A program made the translations under genes and the position numbers. From positions 25 through 64,024 of the forward strand of contig CALHHY010000017.1 in the NCBI GenBank assembly GCA_938030665.1: a DNA stretch of 64,000 bases, read 5' to 3'. The notes below the pieces were generated by a model. The model saw only the letters and a list, made by a program, of their open reading frames with translations. It was not told the DNA's origin and made no database searches. Below are positions 58,051 to 64,000 of the stretch, in pieces; position 1 is the first letter of the stretch, and each line of letters opens with the position of its first letter. This DNA comes from an uncultured Litoreibacter sp. (lineage in GTDB: Bacteria > Pseudomonadota > Alphaproteobacteria > Rhodobacterales > Rhodobacteraceae).

Positions 58051-58560
58051 ATGCGCGTATTGGGAATAGATCCCGGCCTCCGCCATATGGGGTGGGGCGT
58101 GATCGAGGTTGCAGGCAGCAAGATTGCGCATGTGGCCAATGGCATATGCCATTCCGAGGGGCCGGACCTCGCGCCGCGCCTTTTGAGCTTGCACCAGCAA
58201 CTGACGCAGGTCTTCGAGATTCACCAACCCGACATGGCCGCGGTCGAAAAAACCTTCGTCAACCGCGACGGGGCGGGCACCTTGAAGTTGGGTCAGGCGC
58301 GCGGAATCGCGATGTTGGTACCCGCGCAGGCCGGACTAAGTGTCGGGGAATACGCGCCAAACGCGGTGAAGAAAGCCGTGGTCGGGGTAGGCCATGCCGA
58401 CAAGCGGCAGGTCGATCACATGGTACGCATGCAACTGCCCGGCGTCGTGATTGTCGGGCCGGATGCGGCGGACGCGCTGGCCGTGGCGCTTTGCCATGCC
58501 TGGCATGGCCGCAGCGCCCAAGGCTTGGCCGCGGCCCTCCAGCGGGCGCAGAGCGCATGA
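58051..58560 (+). CDS. ruvC: Holliday junction resolvase
   Basis: [41 protein letters not shown]. Confidence 0.97.
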   Translation: MRVLGIDPGLRHMGWGVIEVAGSKIAHVANGICHSEGPDLAPRLLSLHQQLTQVFEIHQPDMAAVEKTFVNRDGAGTLKLGQARGIAMLVPAQAGLSVGEYAPNAVKKAVVGVGHADKRQVDHMVRMQLPGVVIVGPDAADALAVALCHAWHGRSAQGLAAALQRAQSA

Positions 58561-59204
58561 TCGGCAAGCTGACAGGGGTGGTGTCGCATCGCGGCGTAGA
58601 TCACGTCATGCTGGAGGTCGCAGGCGTGGGCTACCTTGTATATTGCAACGACCGCACGTTGGCTTCCCTCCCCGGACAGGGGGAGAAGGTCGCGCTTTTC
58701 ACCGATCTGCTGGTGCGCGAGGACCTGCTACAGCTTTTCGGCTTCACCACGATGATCGAGAAGGAATGGCACAAGCTGCTGATGGGGGTGCAGGGCATCG
58801 GGGCGAAGGCCTCCATGGCGATCCTGGGCGCGCTTGGCCCGGACGGGGTGCAGCGGGCGATTAGTCTGGGTGACTGGAACGCCATCAGGGCGGCCAAGGG
58901 CGTAGGGCCGAAAACCGCGCAGAAAGTTGTGATCGAATTGAAGGACAAAGCTCCTGCCGTCATGGCCATGGGGGGCACGCTGCCTCAGGCTATGGGCGAC
59001 GCTTCGGTGGAGGTGATCGAGCCCGTCAGCACGACGCCCCAAGGCGCAGATGGCGCCGCGCAATCGGACGCATTGTCAGCGCTCGTCAATCTGGGCTACG
59101 CGCATGGCGACGCGGCCAGCGCCGTGGCGCAAGCCGCAAGTGAAACGACCGAGACCGCCGCCTTGATCCGCGCCGCGCTAAAGCTGCTGGCCCCGAAGGA
59201 CTGA
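58557..59204 (+). CDS. ruvA: Holliday junction branch-migration protein A
   Basis: [35 protein letters not shown]; ATGA overlap with ruvC. Confidence 0.97.
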   Translation: MIGKLTGVVSHRGVDHVMLEVAGVGYLVYCNDRTLASLPGQGEKVALFTDLLVREDLLQLFGFTTMIEKEWHKLLMGVQGIGAKASMAILGALGPDGVQRAISLGDWNAIRAAKGVGPKTAQKVVIELKDKAPAVMAMGGTLPQAMGDASVEVIEPVSTTPQGADGAAQSDALSALVNLGYAHGDAASAVAQAASETTETAALIRAALKLLAPKD

Positions 59205-59223
59205 CGCGGGCATGGTGGATGCA

Positions 59224-60249
59224 ATGACCGACCCTGACCCCACTTTGCGCCCGGAGCGCCGGCCGGAAGATGCCGACCGAGCCATGCGACCACAGGGCTT
59301 GGACGAATTTATCGGCCAGGCGGAGGCGCGGGCCAATCTGCGCGTCTTCATCCAATCTGCCCGCCAACGCGGCGAAGCGATGGATCACACGCTGTTTCAT
59401 GGCCCGCCCGGTCTGGGCAAAACGACCCTGGCACAGATCATGGCCCGCGAACTTGGGGTGAATTTCCGCATGACCTCCGGCCCCGTGCTGGCAAAGGCCG
59501 GCGACCTGGCGGCGATCCTGACCAATCTTGAGGCGCGCGACGTCTTGTTTATCGACGAAATTCACCGCCTGAACCCCGTGGTTGAGGAGGTGCTTTACCC
59601 CGCGCTTGAGGATTTCGAGCTTGATCTGGTCATCGGGGAGGGGCCCGCGGCCCGCACTGTGCGGATCGAGCTGCAGCCTTTCACGCTGGTGGGGGCTACG
59701 ACGCGGCTTGGGTTGCTGACGACGCCGCTCAGGGACCGGTTCGGCATTCCGACTCGGTTGACTTTCTACAACATTGACGAGCTGCATGAGATCGTGCGGC
59801 GCGGCGCACGTCTGATGGGGATTGCCACCGATGATGACGGCGCACGCGAGATCGCGCAGCGCGCCCGTGGCACCCCGCGTATCGCGGGCCGCCTTTTGCG
59901 CCGGGTGGTTGACTTCGCGTTGGTCGAAGGCGACGGCACGATCACGCGCGCGCTGGCCGACAGCGCGCTGACGCGACTTGGCGTCGACCATCTGGGCCTT
60001 GATGGCGCGGACCGGCGCTACCTGCGGCTGATTGCCGAGAATTATCAGGGCGGCCCGGTGGGGATCGAAACCATGTCCGCCGCGCTGTCCGAAAGCCGCG
60101 ACGCGCTGGAGGAGGTGATCGAGCCCTATCTGCTGCAACAGGGCCTGATCCAACGCACGCCCCGCGGCCGTATGCTGGCGCAAAAGGCGTGGACCCATCT
60201 GGGGATGTCGCCGCCGCGCGGGGCAGACGACCTCTTTGCCGATCCCTAG
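59224..60249 (+). CDS. ruvB: Holliday junction DNA helicase B
   Basis: [37 protein letters not shown]. Confidence 0.98.
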   Translation: MTDPDPTLRPERRPEDADRAMRPQGLDEFIGQAEARANLRVFIQSARQRGEAMDHTLFHGPPGLGKTTLAQIMARELGVNFRMTSGPVLAKAGDLAAILTNLEARDVLFIDEIHRLNPVVEEVLYPALEDFELDLVIGEGPAARTVRIELQPFTLVGATTRLGLLTTPLRDRFGIPTRLTFYNIDELHEIVRRGARLMGIATDDDGAREIAQRARGTPRIAGRLLRRVVDFALVEGDGTITRALADSALTRLGVDHLGLDGADRRYLRLIAENYQGGPVGIETMSAALSESRDALEEVIEPYLLQQGLIQRTPRGRMLAQKAWTHLGMSPPRGADDLFADP

Positions 60250-60324
60250 CCCGATGCGGTTGCGCAGCCCGCTGCTTTGCGGCTAACAGCCCGCTGATCC
60301 CTCATAGGTAACGGAGCCGCTGGC

Positions 60325-60957
60325 ATGACCGAGCTTGATATTGCGCCCTATTTCACCCGCTCCGATGGCGGCTACGTGTTTGCCCGGTGGGGTCGCCCGA
60401 TTGCGCCGGTGGTCTTTGGCGTCGAGGACCAGACCATTTCCACGCTCAAGGGCGCGATCGAGGCCGTGTGCACCCTGGCTGGCCATGAAATGGCCGAGAC
60501 CGACCCGGAGCTAGGCGCCAATTTCATGGTGTTTTTCATGCGCAGCTGGCAGGAGCTTCTGGACACGCCCAATCTTGACCGGATGATCCCCGAACTGGCG
60601 CAGCTGGTAGAACGGCTGCGCGCGGCGGATGCGAACCAATACCGCATCTTTCGTTTTGATCCTGAGGGCGGGATCAAGGCCTGTTTCGTGTTTCTGAAGA
60701 TGGATGCTGTTCTGGCGGAGGTGCCTGCGGACACGCTTTGCCTGGGGCAGGTGGTCCAGTCGGTGCTGCTTTGGTCAGACGCGGCGTTTGTGAATGCCTC
60801 GCCGCTCGCGTTGACGGGGAATGATGTGGCCATCCTGCGCCCGGACGTCGCCGCCATCATCCGCGCCGCATATGACCGGGTGATGCCTGTGACCGCCGAT
60901 GACCCGAGCCATGCAATGAGGCTGTCTGCCCGCATTGGTCTGCAACAGACGAATTAG
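60325..60957 (+). CDS. Hypothetical protein downstream of ruvB
   Basis: 210 aa with GGAG RBS and host-like codon usage; FTRSDGGY.FARWGRPI, ETDPELGAN. Confidence 0.8.
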   Translation: MTELDIAPYFTRSDGGYVFARWGRPIAPVVFGVEDQTISTLKGAIEAVCTLAGHEMAETDPELGANFMVFFMRSWQELLDTPNLDRMIPELAQLVERLRAADANQYRIFRFDPEGGIKACFVFLKMDAVLAEVPADTLCLGQVVQSVLLWSDAAFVNASPLALTGNDVAILRPDVAAIIRAAYDRVMPVTADDPSHAMRLSARIGLQQTN

Positions 60958-60964
60958 CGGCCCG

Positions 60965-61588
60965 TTACACGGACGGCAACAGCAGAGGTATAATCGTAGA
61001 CCATGCCAGCAGCGCCGCTCCCGCGATAAACACGGACAGGCTGAAAAGCATCAGGGACATGCAAATCAGGATGACGCTTAGGCCGATAGCGGCTGCCATA
61101 TAGGGCACGCCGGCTGTCACCACGACAAGAATGCCAGCCGCAACAATCAAAAGTCGCGGAAACAAGTCGAAGGGCGGCATGGTCAGCCAGTGAGGCGGAT
61201 CGTTTTGGTAGCGGGCGAACCTTTCGCCAGCGCCAAGCAACCACACGATTGCGCTTTGCATGAAGTTCTGACGGGTGACCGCCCCTCCAATGGGTTCTGG
61301 CAACAGCAGATAGGGCTTTCGCAAAACCAGCTGTATGCCAAGCGCCAGCATGGCGACGCCCAGCACAACTGCGAGCGGTGCCAGCCCGCCAATCGGAGTA
61401 ATAAGCACGATACCCACCAGCATCAGGCACAGATAGATCGACGCCTCGCCTAAATCTTTCAATGAGTACTTGTCATCGGGGCCGTCGGCGAGCTGTGGAA
61501 AAGCCTCCCGTGGGTCACGACCGGCACGGTCCTTGCGGATTGATGTTTCGTCAGCATCGGGGCTGGAAGGGGAGGACGCGTCGGACAT
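60965..61588 (-). CDS. Divergent ExoD-like membrane protein
   Basis: Hydrophobic; L.ITPIGG..P...LG......Q....KP..LP pattern recalls ExoD; start at MSDASSPS inferred. Confidence 0.5.
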   Translation of the reverse strand: MSDASSPSSPDADETSIRKDRAGRDPREAFPQLADGPDDKYSLKDLGEASIYLCLMLVGIVLITPIGGLAPLAVVLGVAMLALGIQLVLRKPYLLLPEPIGGAVTRQNFMQSAIVWLLGAGERFARYQNDPPHWLTMPPFDLFPRLLIVAAGILVVVTAGVPYMAAAIGLSVILICMSLMLFSLSVFIAGAALLAWSTIIPLLLPSV

Positions 61589-61690
61589 GGCTTTACCTAG
61601 AACAAACTGCGACGCTGTTAAAGTAGGTGCTTTTCTACCGGCGTCCAGTAGAGGGTTAAGTTGTTGCGCGCTCCGAGACAAGATGGTCCA

Positions 61691-62107
61691 ATGGAAACAA
61701 TGGCCTATGTTATTGCACATACGTTCCAAATTCGCGTTTATTACGAGGATACGGACCTGGCTGGGCTGGTCTATTACGCCAATTACCTGAAATATATCGA
61801 GCGCGCCCGCAGCGAATGGGTGCGCGAGCTGGGCGTGGATCAGTTAGCCATGAAGGCCGAGGGCCGTGTCTTCGCCGTCCGCCGGGTGGAGGCTGACTAC
61901 TTGTCGCCCGCCCGCTATGACGACCTGCTTGAGGTCGAGACCGCCGTGGCGCAGCTAACCGGCGCCCGGCTCGTCCTGCGCCAAAATGTGCGGCGAGGGG
62001 CGGAGCTGCTGTTTGAAAGCACCGTGACGCTGGTCTGCCTTGGCCCCGCAGGGCGGCCCGAACGGTTTCCAGCAGATATTCGCGCACGACTGGCGGCTCA
62101 CGGATAA
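61691..62107 (+). CDS. ybgC: Tol-Pal-associated acyl-CoA thioesterase
   Basis: RVYYEDTDLAGLVYYANYLKYIERARSEW; start uncertain (61691 or 61700). Confidence 0.93.
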   Translation: METMAYVIAHTFQIRVYYEDTDLAGLVYYANYLKYIERARSEWVRELGVDQLAMKAEGRVFAVRRVEADYLSPARYDDLLEVETAVAQLTGARLVLRQNVRRGAELLFESTVTLVCLGPAGRPERFPADIRARLAAHG

Positions 62108-62213
62108 TTTTCGCCACATCTTCCAAGGAATAATGGCCAGGGCGCGTCCAACCCTGTATAGTGTTGGCACAACAAGCCGCGACAAAGCGGCGCGAACAAT
62201 AAAGAGCGGGTAC

Positions 62214-62909
62214 ATGGAAGCTGAGGCAATTGGCCTGGCCAGCGAGGTGGATTTTTCACTGACGTCGCTGTTCTGGCAGGCAACTCCTACTGTCAAAATC
62301 GTCATGGTCATGCTGATCGCGGCCTCCTTCTGGGGCTGGGCGATCATCGTGCAGAAATTCATCAACTACCGGGTGGCACGTCGCCATGCGGAGGCGTTTG
62401 ACCGCGCCTTCTGGTCGGGGGAGCCGCTGGACGAGCTGTTCGACAAGGTGGGCAGCAACCCCACCGGCGCCTCTGAGCGTATTTTCGCGGCCGGTATGAC
62501 GGAATGGCGCCGCTCGCACCGCGAGGACGGGCGGCTGATTGCCGGGGCCACCTCCCGCATTGACCGGTCGATGGATGTGGCCATCGCCAAGGAAGACGAA
62601 AAGCTGAATTACGGGCTGGGCTTTCTGGCAACCGTTGGGGCCACCGCGCCATTCATCGGCCTTTTCGGCACCGTCTGGGGCATCAAACATGCCTTTGAGG
62701 AAATCGCGATTGCGCAGAACACCAATCTCGCTGTCGTGGCCCCCGGTATTGCGGAGGCGCTGGTCGCCACCGCGCTTGGGCTTGTCGCGGCCATCCCGGC
62801 GGTGATCTTCTACAACAAGCTCAGCGCGGATGCGGACCGGATCGCCAGCGGGTATGAGGCATTTGCCGATGAGTTCTCTACCATCCTGTCGCGTCAGCTG
62901 GACGCCTGA
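62214..62909 (+). CDS. tolQ: Tol-Pal system protein TolQ
   Basis: FLATVGATAPFIGLFGTVWGI, VAPGIAEALVATA.GL.AAIPA. Confidence 0.97.
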   Translation: MEAEAIGLASEVDFSLTSLFWQATPTVKIVMVMLIAASFWGWAIIVQKFINYRVARRHAEAFDRAFWSGEPLDELFDKVGSNPTGASERIFAAGMTEWRRSHREDGRLIAGATSRIDRSMDVAIAKEDEKLNYGLGFLATVGATAPFIGLFGTVWGIKHAFEEIAIAQNTNLAVVAPGIAEALVATALGLVAAIPAVIFYNKLSADADRIASGYEAFADEFSTILSRQLDA

Positions 62910-62912
62910 GCC

Positions 62913-63404
62913 ATGGCCGGAGGTGTCATCCAAGGCTCTGCCAGCGGTTCCCGCCGGGGCAGGCGGCGCAAGTCAAAGGCCCGGCCCATGTCCGAGATCA
63001 ACGTCACGCCTTTTGTGGACGTGATGCTGGTTTTGCTAATCATCTTTATGGTGGCTGCGCCGCTTCTTACCGTGGGCGTCCCGGTGGAACTTCCCAAAAC
63101 CGCCGCCAACGCCCTGCCCACGGAGGAGGAAGAGCCGCTGACCATCACGGTCGAAGCTTCGGGCGATTTGTCCATCCAGAACACGCCCGTCGCCGCGCCG
63201 GAGCTGGTAGGCCGTCTGCGTGCCATCGCTGCGGAACGTAGCACCGACAAGGTCTTTCTGCGCGCCGACGGTGCGGTCAGCTATGCGCAGGTCGTGCAGG
63301 TGATGGGGGCGCTGAACAATGCGGGCTTCTCCGATATCGGGTTGGTGACCGACAGCGACGGCCCCTCTTTCGACGACGGGTCCGCGCCCGCACCGGCCGA
63401 GTAA
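62913..63404 (+). CDS. tolR: Tol-Pal system protein TolR
   Basis: MSEINVTPFVDVMLVLLIIFMV, LRADG.VSY. Confidence 0.96.
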   Translation: MAGGVIQGSASGSRRGRRRKSKARPMSEINVTPFVDVMLVLLIIFMVAAPLLTVGVPVELPKTAANALPTEEEEPLTITVEASGDLSIQNTPVAAPELVGRLRAIAAERSTDKVFLRADGAVSYAQVVQVMGALNNAGFSDIGLVTDSDGPSFDDGSAPAPAE

Positions 63405-63423
63405 GCACATCATGCGCGAGGAC

Positions 63424-64000
63424 ATGAAAACCGGGGCCTATATTTCAGGGGCAGGTCATGCCGCGCTGTTTTTGTGGCTGTTGATCGGCGGTTTCTTCGT
63501 CGCGCGCGAGGATTTTGACGCAGTGCAGGTCACCGATATCTCTCTGATTTCAGAGGCTGATTTTCAGGCGCAGCTTCCAAGTGGCCCCGAAACGGGCGAG
63601 GCCCCGCCGGGTCTTGATGCGCCTGACCCGCAGGAGGCGGCCCCCGCCCCCGCGCCAAGTGAAACTCCGCCGACGCCCGCGCCGGCACCCGTCCCCGCAC
63701 CAGCGCCGCCCGCGCAGCCTGACGTGGCACCTTTGCCGGATGACACACCGCCTGAGCCGCCCGCGCGGGAAGAAACGCCCGCTCCGGAAGGGGACCCCGG
63801 CGGCACCGAGATCGCGACCGACGCGCCACCGCCCGTGCCTGATCAGGCCGATGTCATCGCCGATCAGGTGACAGAAGCGCCGGACCCGGCCGCGCAAGAG
63901 GCTGAAACCGCCACCCCACAAACCGCCCCTGCGGAGGCGGCGGAGGCTACACCGCAGCCGGTGCAGGAAGAAACCGCGCCCCAAGAGACCACGACCCAGA
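63424..64000 (+). CDS. tolA: TolA-like envelope protein (3'-truncated)
   Basis: MKTGAYISGAGHAALFLWL TonB/TolA-type S...H anchor then Pro/Glu/Ala-rich linker; follows tolR; alternative start 63412. Confidence 0.8.
   Translation, partial: MKTGAYISGAGHAALFLWLLIGGFFVAREDFDAVQVTDISLISEADFQAQLPSGPETGEAPPGLDAPDPQEAAPAPAPSETPPTPAPAPVPAPAPPAQPDVAPLPDDTPPEPPAREETPAPEGDPGGTEIATDAPPPVPDQADVIADQVTEAPDPAAQEAETATPQTAPAEAAEATPQPVQEETAPQETTTQ

Noticed and set aside
63590-64000. Low-complexity CCG/GCG repeats
   Set aside because: Pro/Ala/Glu-rich linker expected in TolA

Overview
GC-rich alphaproteobacterial core-chromosome segment; gene content and order point to Rhodobacteraceae/Roseobacteraceae. It runs from the end of the ATP synthase operon (atpD, atpC) through prs, ltaE, ribF, ppaC, groES-groEL (with CIRCE), dprA, tldD, the aa3-type cytochrome c oxidase cluster (ctaC-ctaB-small ORF-ctaG-ctaE-surf1), thrC, apt/mtnP, a SulP transporter, ptsP, lysC, modABC, rpsD, msrA, prmA and ruvCAB to the start of the tol-pal operon. 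I see no rRNA, tRNA, CRISPR array, transposase, integrase or prophage. Most of the window is housekeeping. The best candidates for undescribed biology are: (1) a Tat-exported intradiol-dioxygenase-fold protein that appears to have lost its Tyr iron ligands, coupled to a stand-alone di-haem ferric-reductase-type membrane protein; (2) an orphan amidinotransferase with an altered acceptor pocket just upstream of that pair; (3) three AT-rich twin-hairpin elements that keep their structure but not their sequence, each directly after a stop codon; (4) a likely sRNA between an EcsC-family gene and ptsP; (5) a structured rpsD leader that can sequester its Shine-Dalgarno; (6) a small secreted precursor with a strongly cationic Lys/Phe tail. 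All family assignments are by-eye motif recognition; no database search or folding program was run.
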